From a virus, in the IMG/VR virus record IMGVR_UViG_3300035698_004199, positions 1 to 64,000 of that record: a stretch of DNA of 64,000 bases; one strand, written 5' to 3'. Each line of letters opens with the position of its first letter. Positions within the stretch are counted from its first letter, which is position 1. The notes under the pieces are model-generated. The model did no database searches. It was not told where the DNA came from and was given only the letters and a program-made list of their open reading frames with translations. The position numbers and the translations under genes are program-made. This document shows positions 37,601 through 48,600 of the stretch, piece by piece.

Positions 37601-39615
37601 CAAAAACTCTCGCTAAGCTGCAAGCAGATGTGAATGCAGGAAAGGCTGACTTGGTTAATCTGCAAGAACAGTTGCGTAGAGAGCAGGCTACTTTATCTAC
37701 TAGGCAGGAAACCGGAGATGCCGGGGCCCTCTACAAACTAATTCGTATTGTTGGGGAACGTTTTTTTGTGGATCCTAAAATGAGTTCCACATACAAGGAT
37801 TTGAATTCTACGTCCTCTTTGTTAGAGATACTAGGCGATAAAAAAGCGATCATGACTAATGGGAGTCTTCCTGGTTCTTATAGATATTACTCTGCTTCTC
37901 ATCCTAATAAAGAACAACAAGGGCAGCCTGTTTTGAAAATCACAAAGACTCGCAGCCAGCGAACCCGTGATAAGATCCCACCACTACTAGATCCGCAAAC
38001 TACATCTAAAGTGCTGACATATTCTGAGATTCAGAATACTTCAACTAAGTCAGGTGGGAAGCCGCCTCAATCTGAACTGGTTAAAAAGAGGCCTATATGG
38101 GGCATGAAGATTTTAACAGCAAGAGAACCTAAGGGGGAGATTGTTCCCACAAGCGATATTAGGCAAATGTCTTTTTCTGTGTGTCAAATTACAATGACTC
38201 GGGGTAGGTCCTCCTCAATAAAGGGTTCCCATTCCAAGAGTGGTATTGGTTTACAGAGTGCTTTGTTCAAGACTCTAAAGAAGAAAGTCCAGAATGCTGG
38301 GCTTACAGACGTACCTGCAACCTTCCTTAAATCAGTGACGGACACACTAAACACCAATATTACAACTGCGGTGGCTGCAGCTGCTGAAGTGTTACAAACA
38401 AACTACCCCTTTGGATCTGTCACACCCCCAACGGCAATAGCTTTGAAGGGCGGTTCCTGGGATGCTACTAAACCGCTATCTGGCTATAAGTTAGCAGACA
38501 ACACAAATGCTACAGTAGTACTGTTTCAGGGTTCCGACACTGTTAATTCAAGGACTGTTTGGCAACAGGCCATGCGAGATGCCAGTAAACAGATTGCGTC
38601 CTCTGTAGGTGCTTTACAGACCGCTTGGGTAGGCAGCCTTCCACCGGGAGACTCTGGTAAAGCCTTAAATGTTTTTTTGAAAACATTTAATAGCTTACAA
38701 GGTGTCTCTGATAAAGCCACTTCGAAAACTGTAAGAGGGGAACAAGCCGGTAAAACAGAGTTCATCTATCCTCCAGTCCTGCCTGTATCAGATGCTCTGG
38801 GGTATGAAGTTGTGGGTTCTTATGCTTATGGCAGAGGTATTTCAATAGATAGTGATGGTGTCTTTGATGTTTTGCACAAGCTAGACCCTTTGAGCATGCT
38901 TACTCGAAAAGAAGTTGAGGAGATTGTTGATGTGTTGGTTGGTGGGAAGGGTTTGTGGGTTGACTTACCTGTAGCGGACGGCCCTAAGTCCTCAAATGGT
39001 GTGGCTTCTACAGTGCGTGTGCAGTTAGACAATACAGCAGCTAAAACGTATCTTGAAGGAAACCTACTCAAAACACTAAGAGGCCAAGCAACAGACTCAC
39101 AACTTATAGATTTAGGCTGGGCTAAAAAAGATGGTGACATACTGTCTTTGAATCTGCAAAATATTTGGGTGGACAAGAAAACTGATGGTATTCAAAAAAT
39201 CCCCATTAACAACGCAGGATACTCAATAGCTGATATCAGTGCAGGTTTGAGCACTCAAATATGTACTTGTAAAGCAGCCGAAGCTGATGTTACTTTAGAG
39301 TTAGCGGGGCAGCTTGAATACGTAAATGTTTCAGGAACACCCTATTCAAGTGGTGGGACCCTTCCAGCAGCATTAGGAGAGCCGGGCACGGATGAGATCA
39401 CAGACCTTTTAATGAACAGGTCAATGTCAACATCCCTAAATTGGCAGATGTCTCAAGAGGCTTTGAGAGGGACAGCCCCAGACAGTGACAGCACCTCCTT
39501 GATAACTGCAATAACGGGGACCGCACAGGCTTTTGATAATTGGAAAAAACAACTTGAATCTGGAAAAAAGACTATTTCAACTCAGGCTAAAAAACTGAAG
39601 AACCCTTTGTGGTAA
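34672..39615 (+). CDS. Baseplate hub protein with inserted peptidase M15 domain
   Basis: Hub motifs (FEFYQDVDGDFVFKPPMYN, RPEIRPGYPVYI); insert SSYRT..N..GGA..SKHLQGKAIDF..GIGFY..IHYD. Confidence 0.75.
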   Translation: MGLTQRPYIGTWSMGQRKVLQQTPDALVYINGDISIPGCARCNSRINIQNFVTSVSVDAGTTATSASASISLSVPVHHLDSFVRDAQFILHPGLEIHIYQRGYFAVKGLYDNLPVSTTKEATQETSFATVTSQKAPPSSNSEYTPEKLFGRHYTNASPDIQANMKTLIPNIQTMDQYFQSVYGGGAHVVVTSSYRTPETNETTGGADKSKHLQGKAIDFNVEFENGSALRREEVWAGLQKLRAESYIQKGGIGFYGPQQDGVLVGEQIYRDGTSTDNIHYDNADGGDRDWLWFTSDREGVPAQRTSPNSTNAPILQKTLDRVNAEDMPSSVLSYNQQTGTQEVYAEVTTTDGVVQAQVGSNILTEMGLTDMDLENMLAYPYYQTFHGVVTAVATTWSAGNQNITLSCSSILHFWQYHKMSTNAALYGVKPTNSKVKSSAVGHNFTGMHPYEIMYALHTDTAGAAGGIAWHLSQKTNQQARYQGQDLWGINLKYWERRFGQREIKLRLHGATGEIFNAAQAAFLSRLSGNELTTLLRHRFNTPENKRRAVSILSQARLLGLTGEKKDVFAGVGALTSGLSRPDANNEINLAEMQAFVTNIAQWGQYQLFESTYASKLDIAEQVCQVTGFEFYQDVDGDFVFKPPMYNLDTSGSRVYRIEDIDIISINFDEKEPLYTYCTVKGSQIKNTQGTGLESEWGVQGQYIDYRLVAQYGWRPLDFSCAYFNDPKSMFFAAINRLDIMNAPVKTATVTIPERPEIRPGYPVYIPYLDCFYYCNSFAHSHQVGGQCTTVLQLIAKRAKFFAPGDPNKVNEGVGAINLAYTALPATPLQVQDLDGRSRLSGFPNVVMALDPNLISPSFFLIGADVESMDTEESWRGLFQMAVDMKVLTKHEEEPGKYTMSQDATSDVVFWFPEDARSAAPAGAKDVNKLMAEYSEQQTDYEEGLKKTQAKINKAATKIFSNAAQLNAIKGSKAEASAKTLAKLQADVNAGKADLVNLQEQLRREQATLSTRQETGDAGALYKLIRIVGERFFVDPKMSSTYKDLNSTSSLLEILGDKKAIMTNGSLPGSYRYYSASHPNKEQQGQPVLKITKTRSQRTRDKIPPLLDPQTTSKVLTYSEIQNTSTKSGGKPPQSELVKKRPIWGMKILTAREPKGEIVPTSDIRQMSFSVCQITMTRGRSSSIKGSHSKSGIGLQSALFKTLKKKVQNAGLTDVPATFLKSVTDTLNTNITTAVAAAAEVLQTNYPFGSVTPPTAIALKGGSWDATKPLSGYKLADNTNATVVLFQGSDTVNSRTVWQQAMRDASKQIASSVGALQTAWVGSLPPGDSGKALNVFLKTFNSLQGVSDKATSKTVRGEQAGKTEFIYPPVLPVSDALGYEVVGSYAYGRGISIDSDGVFDVLHKLDPLSMLTRKEVEEIVDVLVGGKGLWVDLPVADGPKSSNGVASTVRVQLDNTAAKTYLEGNLLKTLRGQATDSQLIDLGWAKKDGDILSLNLQNIWVDKKTDGIQKIPINNAGYSIADISAGLSTQICTCKAAEADVTLELAGQLEYVNVSGTPYSSGGTLPAALGEPGTDEITDLLMNRSMSTSLNWQMSQEALRGTAPDSDSTSLITAITGTAQAFDNWKKQLESGKKTISTQAKKLKNPLW

Positions 39616-39623
39616 GGTGAAAT

Positions 39624-42035
39624 ATGAACGCAAGAAGACCAGGAGGCACACCCATTGTTACCCGGGGCATGTTAATGTCCTCGACCTTAAAAGCCAAAAA
39701 AACAGGTGAACGTCTCAATATAGACGCAGGTACAACTCTGGGCATAGCAAAAGTTCTCAATGTAGACTATGAAGGACACTTAGTTACACTTCAAACAGTA
39801 ATGGGTGCACAACGCTATAACAGAGTGCCTGTTCCTATGACATTCCCAGGGGCCGGTGCACGTTATTTTTTAGGTGCTATGCCTCAAATTGGAGATATTT
39901 GTGTTATCGGCTGGATGGCACAGGATGTTAGCCCCACTGATCCAAATGGCGGTGCGAAGACACCCATTATTTTATCGTGGCTTCTTCCAGGGGTTTGGCC
40001 GGGAAGAGAATGGCTTACAACTTCTGAAACAGAAGAGTCTGAGTATGACCCTACACCAGGAGATCAAAAGTTTTTTGAGGGCGACTTTGAAAAGATTCGA
40101 CATAAACTAAGGCATATCCAACCCGGGAACATTGTAGCATCATCTGCACAAGGATCTGATCTAGTACTTGATGAGGGGGTTACCTTAGCTAACCGTAGGG
40201 GCAATGAGTTTCGCTTAAGGGATCAGGACCAAGCGGCCCTACTTCGCTCACTACAGTTTTTCCAAGCTCTTGCAGGGGTTCGTGGCTACTCAGGCATGGT
40301 ACAACGAGATGCTACCTTCCTGCCAACCACAATGGTTTCAGATGGCCTAAAGTGGGATAGCGGCTGGCAAGCACTTCAGGGCGTACCTTTTCCAGAAAGC
40401 CTGCAGTTCGAAGACCCAAAAGCCCCAGACGGCTATTTAACACCCAACGCTAACCTAGCCAAAGATATTACAAGTGACGGTAGTGGTAGAAGCTTTCTAG
40501 CAGAAGACGCATACTTAGATCCCTACAAGTTTCTTCAGTATGGCGGCTTCCTGACAGATGAAGGCTTTGTGGTTGATGAGAAACATCAATCGGATGCTGT
40601 TTATGGCGGCAAGAACCTTTACAGGATAGCTTCTCAGTCTACTGACAATGCTGTTATAGATTCAAACGCAAAGACCCTCACAGAAATACGCTGGGAAGTG
40701 AGCCATACTTCAGATGGGTGCTTGCCAGTAACAGAACAAACAGATATGCTGGATGCGGATAGAATACCAGAAGCGGATCCCAACACAGCCACGGGCGTGC
40801 TGCCTCCTAACATGCCCTTTATAGAATGGGTGTTAGGCAGCGTAGTGGGAAACAATCCTTTTACAGCTGCGGGTAGACAACAGTATGCACTTCCTCTAAA
40901 AGCTGTTATCTTTGACGGTGACGTGCCTAACCCCCGAATGGAGTCAGTCCAAGTATCTTATTTAGGATCTGGAGTATCTCCTACACCTCTTTACGATCAT
41001 GCAGCAACTTTATTCAGACTCACCCCCCCAAATGGTGGTGTACCCGGATCTTTTTGGTCACTGAACAAACAAGGACAGATGCGGGCTTTCTTGGGCGGCG
41101 ATGCTAAAGGTAACTCTTTAGAGGCTTATCTAGCGGGTGGTTTGAAATTAGGTGTGGGTGGACGCTTCCAACTTCTTTTAGATGGGCATATAGAATTAGG
41201 GACTACAAGTAAAGCCAGTATGGATTTGACTTCTGCGGAAGGCTGTGTGAAAATTTATGGCGGCGGTCCTGCACAAGATCACGAAGCACAGGTATCTGCA
41301 ACTCTTGGGACAGGGCGTGGCTCCGGGGACTTGCCTGCTGTAGACATAGGGGCCAAAACAAACATTCGTATCAAGGCTGAGAAGCAAGTCCTGGTTAAAG
41401 GCAGCGAGGTTGAACTTAATGCAACTTCCGTGCATCTATTAGGACATGAGGAGTTGACATTAGATGGCGTTAAGAAAACAGCTATCACCACAGAGAAGTA
41501 TCAGTTAGCAGTAAACGGGCAGGCCCAAGAGTCTTATAGTGGCCCTAAGTATTTACTGCCTACAAACTTCCCGTTGCATGAAAGAACATACGCTCCTATT
41601 ATGCCAGGCTTTGTATCTGAAAAGGTTACTTATGTTATGGGCGATAGAGAAGAACAGTTCTGGCTTGGCAATCACAAGACGACAGTGCTAATAGGTAACT
41701 TGAGCTATGAAACGCTGCTAGGCTTCTGGAAAGCCCGTGCCATGACTTCGCAGATTAGTATGGGTGTCTCAGGCATAGCAGCAACAGCAGCCATAGGGAC
41801 AGTAACCTTGACTGCTACAGCGGGGGCTGCAACAATGAGTGGTTTGGCATCAGCCAGTTTGATAGCAACTGGGGGTGTAGCTACTGTTAGAGGATCCGCA
41901 GGCGTTTATCTCGGAGGGCCTATCTTTGGACCTGATATGGGCCCTATCGTTACTTCCGGTTCCCTTGAGCCCCTCACAGGGCTGCCTTTCGGGACGTGGG
42001 CCATTGGAGCTAAAGGACATATAGTAGGAGCTTAG
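39624..42035 (+). CDS. Baseplate spike (gp5/gpV-like)
   Basis: OB-fold-like start (AKVLNVDYE..MPQIGDICVIGW), beta-rich C-terminus; after hub. Confidence 0.6.
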   Translation: MNARRPGGTPIVTRGMLMSSTLKAKKTGERLNIDAGTTLGIAKVLNVDYEGHLVTLQTVMGAQRYNRVPVPMTFPGAGARYFLGAMPQIGDICVIGWMAQDVSPTDPNGGAKTPIILSWLLPGVWPGREWLTTSETEESEYDPTPGDQKFFEGDFEKIRHKLRHIQPGNIVASSAQGSDLVLDEGVTLANRRGNEFRLRDQDQAALLRSLQFFQALAGVRGYSGMVQRDATFLPTTMVSDGLKWDSGWQALQGVPFPESLQFEDPKAPDGYLTPNANLAKDITSDGSGRSFLAEDAYLDPYKFLQYGGFLTDEGFVVDEKHQSDAVYGGKNLYRIASQSTDNAVIDSNAKTLTEIRWEVSHTSDGCLPVTEQTDMLDADRIPEADPNTATGVLPPNMPFIEWVLGSVVGNNPFTAAGRQQYALPLKAVIFDGDVPNPRMESVQVSYLGSGVSPTPLYDHAATLFRLTPPNGGVPGSFWSLNKQGQMRAFLGGDAKGNSLEAYLAGGLKLGVGGRFQLLLDGHIELGTTSKASMDLTSAEGCVKIYGGGPAQDHEAQVSATLGTGRGSGDLPAVDIGAKTNIRIKAEKQVLVKGSEVELNATSVHLLGHEELTLDGVKKTAITTEKYQLAVNGQAQESYSGPKYLLPTNFPLHERTYAPIMPGFVSEKVTYVMGDREEQFWLGNHKTTVLIGNLSYETLLGFWKARAMTSQISMGVSGIAATAAIGTVTLTATAGAATMSGLASASLIATGGVATVRGSAGVYLGGPIFGPDMGPIVTSGSLEPLTGLPFGTWAIGAKGHIVGA

Positions 42036-42038
42036 TTT

Positions 42039-42647
42039 ATGGCATTAACACCAGCAACTTTATATCAGGCGTTGTCACAGAATCGGATGGCAGGTACACA
42101 TCCTTTTTTAGGCGTCACGTTTGATTCTCTTGCTTGGGGTATTGCTAATGGTGTCAGCCAGTGGGGTTTAGCACAACCTAATAACTTAGGGCTACTTGGT
42201 GTGTCCTCCGGCCTGTCAGGGGCGGGGGCAGTTAATCCTGCTACAAGTAAACTAATAGTGCCTCCAGCGGCCTCAGTTTTAATAGCGGCCCTATCAGGAG
42301 CGGGTTTAGTAGGGCCTTTAATGCCGTCTTTAGCGACAACAATTGCTTTGGGGCTCTCACAAGGTTTTAGTTTATCGGGGTGGTACACTGGTACTTCCGC
42401 TGGAGTAGGTATAGGGACAGATATTTCTAAGGTGGTTGTGGCAAACCCGGCTACTTTGATTGGTATGTTAAATATAACTTTAGCAGCATCCATGGGAAAG
42501 GGGCCCTCGCAGCCCATGTTGTCGGTAGGGTTAGGTAATGGAATTGCAGCATTGCTGCTTTTAGGTACCGGAGTTGCAACAGTGACCGGCTCTACAACGG
42601 CTCCTGTGATTACAACGGTCGGGGTTACAACTTCAATGGTGGTGTGA
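42039..42647 (+). CDS. Small Gly/Ala-rich virion protein
   Basis: Follows spike; internal helical duplication. Confidence 0.55.
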   Translation: MALTPATLYQALSQNRMAGTHPFLGVTFDSLAWGIANGVSQWGLAQPNNLGLLGVSSGLSGAGAVNPATSKLIVPPAASVLIAALSGAGLVGPLMPSLATTIALGLSQGFSLSGWYTGTSAGVGIGTDISKVVVANPATLIGMLNITLAASMGKGPSQPMLSVGLGNGIAALLLLGTGVATVTGSTTAPVITTVGVTTSMVV

Positions 42648-45600
42648 ATGGGCTTTGATTTTCCAGGATATGTGCTCCGCAGTATTAATATTGCTTCCAG
42701 TAATGCAACTGATTCTGGGGAGCCTGATACAGGAGTGGTGAGAGATCCTCGTCCTGTGCCACCCTCTTACACTTTAGATTCAAAAAGTGTACCCCCTTTA
42801 GGAGCACCTCCTGCTTTCGTTGATCCTTTTGCAGATCAATATAGAGCTGCAGTGTTGGATGCTCCCGGTACAACCCCGCAAGAATATCTTGTATGGGCAC
42901 AGAATACAGGAAGCTTAGCTCTGATAGAGGATCCTGATTGGTGGCTTGAATGTGGCACAGGAAAGTTTTCGGAGGGCACACTTACAGTCATTGATGCCTT
43001 AGCACAACCGGAAGACCCCGCTATTGAGGACGGTGCTGATAGAGTTATTGTATCTGATGATGGCAATAGGTCCCTGGGTAGAATTACACATCTTGTAGTT
43101 GCTCGGGGGGATGTGGCTTATGATGATGGGGGGTGGGTAAACCAGAACATTCCTTCATTTGGGCGAAAGGGGGGTGAGCCCTATCTTGTGTTGGATATAG
43201 CAATTGAGGACCAGAACCCCGTGTCAGGTGTTGTAGCTTTAACAGATGCACAATTAACATCTTTGGGCGGAGGCCTTTCTCATTTGCGTGGTGACAGGAT
43301 TATTACAGTTCGGTATACAATAGCGTCTATAAGATTCTGGTGGACCCGAAATGATCGTTATGAAACACGCTTTGGCTGGAATCAAAGTACCAGACGATGG
43401 GAGCCTTACAAGGGATCTACTGTAAAGAATCTGGGCACTATTTTATTTGACCAGACATACCAGCTAGAGCCTAAGATCCGAAACTTACCTTGGGGGGCTT
43501 ACCTGCCAGGAGACTCCCTAGTACCCGATTCTTATTCAATGGTACGTGTGGGAACAACCCCCGGTGCAGGCAGCACTCCATTAGACAACATACAGGTACG
43601 TTTGGATTCAGAGATCGCGGACTTTGATTTTTCATCGCACACAACTCTTAATGGGGTGTTAGGCCAAACAACAGGCATCCTCAAGCTGAGCCCAACTTTT
43701 GTAAAACTAAATGCAGGCAGTTCTATATGGTATGCCCCCAAGTCATTTACACAGAAGGCAGATGGGATAGTTGGCGGCATGCGCTTAGCAGATGCAAGTC
43801 CGCTTTACATAGCACCTATTCCGGGGCCTACAGACAGGCCAATTATTCAATTTGGAAACAGAGCGCCCTTGACAGTAATCCTTATGGATACCGATGCCTT
43901 AGTAACTTTAGCAGCCCCTGCCTCAGGAACAGTTTTGGTTTCTTTGTCCACAGGCCGTCTACGTTTCTGCCCTACAGATTTAGATGTGGCAGTTCCCACG
44001 TCAACACTTTTCAGTAAACATTATTTAGGTGAACAGGTGTTCTATAATGGGGTGTCTTTGAATCAAGAGCCCCAGCCAACAAAACTACCTGCATACTTAT
44101 TGAATAGTATGGGTGGTCAAGGCACTGCTTCCATAGATACTATTCTTTATATCCCAGATGCTGTGGGTTTGCCACTAGATCTTGCTCAAGACAGAAAAGG
44201 TCTGGGCATATCAGGCATTATAGACGCCCCTGATGGCACCGGAGCCTTACCGGCACGGGAAGGTGTGGATGCGTGTATAAGGCCCGGAGGGGATACTGTA
44301 GGGGCTTTGGCAACGGGACGTGTAAGGCAGATCCCTGATGATGTGGGGGACACCATCTTATTCTCACGTGCGGGTGCCATAGAGACAATTCAAGAAGTAG
44401 ACTTAGCTAGTGACATTGCTACTGTTATAGGAAAACGTAAGAGCCCTGCAAAGGGTACTGCCATAGTGGCCAGAGAAAAAAGTACTTATGGTTCGGCTGT
44501 GCTTCTAAGTAAAAAAGACAGGCAACAGATTGGGGATGAGTCTGTTTATTTCGTACAGGCAACACTAACCCCAGCGGTCTATACAGAAGAAGCAAAAATC
44601 TATTCACGGAACAGAGATATTTTCCGTTTTGATGGTACTGAAACCATTTACTTTGCGATTGATGGGGATGCGTTTACATGGAACCCTGCAGCACTTTTGA
44701 TAGCACTCCCAAGCCAGGATTATTACACTGCTGAAGAGGTTGCACTATCTATTCAAAACGATACAACACCACCACTACCAGCAAGCTCTTGTGTAGCTCA
44801 AAGTGGCAGGATTGTTTTGATAGGTGCTGCTGATGTTGAAATAGGTTTTGGTACAAACCAGATGAAGGATTTATCTGGTTGTGCGGTTTTGGGATTTCTT
44901 CCAGGTTGGCAGGCCCATGTAGGATCTGGTAACTGGCTTCCCGATTCGGGGGCTGCTGTAGGTTTGTATAGAAGCCCCTTAAATGTGAATAGGGAAAACA
45001 GCACTCCAGATTATGCAGCAACAGCAAGAATAGAGGATCTGTTGTTGGATAGTGACATTCAAGCTAACCCCTATTATTTCCTAAGTCAAAAGCCTTTGCA
45101 AGATATTGCTGGGTTTGATGAGAACATCTTTTTTGCATTGCAGGCTATCGTGACGGATGGGGATACTACAACCATCATTAATAGGCCCTTGCAGCACTTT
45201 GAAGATATTGTACATCGGTTTGGGCAAGGTAAGTTTGATTGGATTGCGGGACAAGCAGTTGCAGAAGCACTAGACAAGACAACTACAACATTGAACTTCG
45301 GCGTGCCGAGTTTAGTAGAGGAGTCTTTTCTGGGTGTTTCAAGTATTGCTGCGGGTCTCTATATATCATCAGATGGTGGTGCTTTTAGTTTCCAAGATCC
45401 GGATAGTGATTTTATAATGCCCAACTCAGGGCTTTCAGGTACCGCTACTTTAATAGAAAGATTTGGACAACTGCTTGGGTCCGGTGCCCAGGGGTTTGTC
45501 GCAGAAGGTCTTAACACCCTACTAGATGCCACTGCTCATTTTCAGTCAGGTGCTCATTTTCAACAAACGCTGAAAGAGGGCTGTAGGGTGAAAATCCTCT

Positions 45601-48600
45601 CAGGAGACAATGCTGGATCTTACCTGGTGACTGCTATTCTATCTGAGACTACATTAACAGTGGACATCCCGTTCCAAACCAGTAACTTCTTACCCCTTCA
45701 GTGGGAGATTTATGAGGGCTACCCGGACAGTGCATATGACCCTGCTTTGATTGCGGACGTTTCTTTTAAGGAGTTCAATCATATTCAAGATGAACCCTTT
45801 AAGATTCGGATGCTTCAAGATACAGGGATTGTACCAGTATCCGTATCAGCTCAGTCGGCAGATCGTTTGATAGCAGATGTAACTGAAGCACAAAACAGAC
45901 CTGTAGGGCTACGTTTTGGTTTAGTAGCACCCACAGCGGCAGTAACAGCCACTTTGAGTTACTTAACCAAGGTAAAGCTGGGATTGCTTGCAAACGGGAC
46001 ACTAATTGTACCAGACACCAGTTCTCTGCGTTTTGCAGGCGGCTTCTTCTCTATTCAGATAGGAACACAGAACTTTGTGCCTGTTGGGGTGACTTCTTTT
46101 AGTTCTAACCCTGTAACTGTCGAATACTTGACACAAGACGACCCTTCAGCGGCTTCTTTCACCCCAAAGGGCAGTTTGAAGTTCAGTTCAACGCTTCTCA
46201 GCACACAAGCAGCTTCCCAGGTCTATTATGTGGAGGATTTCCTTGATCCTGCATTATTGGCAGCTAACACAGCAGAATACAGAGATAACGGGCAGATAAA
46301 CCTATCTTCTGCTGATATAGCTCTGTTTGCAGGGACTAAACTGTATTTTGTGCAGCAAATGGTAACTGAAGGCAAAAAAGACGTTGCGATCAGCCCTATG
46401 CTCGGAGCTTTTTCCTTTAATGGTCCTGTACCCAAGAATTCTGTCATTGAAGCAGAATATTGGCGGGCAGACATGGAAGGCCGCAAAACAGGTGACATGG
46501 TTACAGAGACATTACCTGTATTTATCAGAAGAGAGGTTACAACCCTTGACTCACCCCGTGTTTACAAGTTTAACACTATTGGCTACAATATAGACCAAAG
46601 AATCATACCTTCTGTTTGGATCGGGGCTACACTTCAAAACTTTGGGTCGGAAGATTGTGTTGTAGACTATCCAGCATCTTGGAATGGGTCTGGGCGTATT
46701 ACTTTTCTTAAAACTGTGGATGCTACTGTAGTCCAGGTAAACTATGCGGTGTTTGAAGCACAAGGTGGAGAGCGTGCTTTTGAAGCCAGCCAGAAGAACA
46801 TATACCGCCCCCCATTCTTTATCAAAGCTAATCAGAGTCAGTTTGGTCTTCGCGGAGACCGGACTGGTGAGTTCCAGGTAGGACAGATGCTTCGATTCGG
46901 GGAGGACTGCTTTTACATAAAGAGTTTGTTGTATTATCCTGCAACTGCTACCGGAGGGGACATAACTGCTGTAGGTATCTACCCCCCTACAATAACAGAA
47001 GAGGGCAGTAGGTCCCCAGGTAATGACGTGCTGGCACTTATTACAGATAGGCCTGTCACTCCCATTATTGATCCAGATGGCACTAGTCCGATAGCAACAA
47101 CAGCAGCTACAGGGTTCTTTTCAACTATAGATTTAGACACCTTTCCTTTTGAATCTGTTTCCAGGGGACAGAAAGTTATTGTGTTCCAAGGGAACCTTCT
47201 GTCTTTTGCGGTAGCAGGACATCTATTAGAATTAGGTGGGTGCCCTTATACGATAGCAAGTGCTGAGTTGACCACTGATGGTGCTAAAACAAAGGTGACA
47301 GTTACAGGCGGCTTCCTCAAGGGTTTTGCTGTTGGGGACAACCCAACAGTATTGATGTCCTATAGACCTGTATACCCACCTGAGACACGTGACTTTTTGG
47401 GTGTAGGCCCAGTATTGGATTCTGAACCTGTAGAGGTTGTGCTTTTCGGTGAGACAGATGTTACAGGCACAGCGTTGCCTGGACGTACCTTGATCCCTGA
47501 AGTAGAGTACAAGCTGGATTATGACTCGGGAGTTGTGCAGTTATTAGCACCTGTTCAAGAGCCTTTTGATGTAGATCAGAAGTTGTTGCTGTCTTTTACA
47601 AGGTTACGCAGTCTGCAGCCTTATATGCAAAATCAAGTGTTAGTGACCCCTCGTTATTGGGCAGACTTTTATTATGCAAAAGCACCTGATGTTGAAAATG
47701 GTATTTTGGGGGGATCCTTAGTTGGCACCTATACATATTATTCCCCGGACTCCTTCTATTTTAGGGCTGTCAAACTAACTCAGTATATGGGAGAGGTTGC
47801 ACAGGATGCAATCAAAGAGATTCAGTCTAAGCAAGTTGCTGGTGGTGCATCTCTAATTTCAGCTGGTGGTACAGCAAACTGGGAACAGGGGCGTATGGGC
47901 CTAAGGGCAGTAGGTAAGAATCTTTTAGATATTGATAGGGCGGCAAGGTCTTTCCTTGAGTTCTACAATCAATCTGTGGAATCCTTTGAGCAGATTCTTG
48001 AAACCATTTCAGGCGGCTTTATAGGTGATACAGATGGCAAGTTCCGTTTTTGGATAGGACACGATAGAGAGTATCCAACACCTGGATATGATGATGCTAT
48101 CGCAGGGATTCTACAACACCGTTTAGTGTGGAATGATGTTTTTAATGCCGATTTAGAAGATCCTATTTTCTGTCAAACAGGTGATTGGCTTGTTAAACCC
48201 AAGTCCGCAGATATCACAGATGCTCAAATTTCTGGAGTGTTCATACCAGTTGACCAGCTGGAAACTCTAAAAACACAACAAAGAGGTTTGATCTGGAATG
48301 ATATTGATGACACGGTACTTACTCAAATGGGGAAACCTGTAATTAAGCGGCTGCCCTATGGTCTGTATATAGCACTTAAAGCCAAGGGTGTTTATAAACA
48401 AATGGGTGAAAGCCACGATTTGTCAAGGCTTTTCCCCACTCAATCAGAAGCCTTCTTGCGGCTATACCCCGGAGCGGGGGCTGATATAGATACGGGCACA
48501 AACACAGGGACTTATACATATGGTCGGGTGGTTGACAATGCTTGGGCAAAGACTACTAATCAGCAGATAGGTCAGCTCGGCAATCCTGTCTTGGGGGACA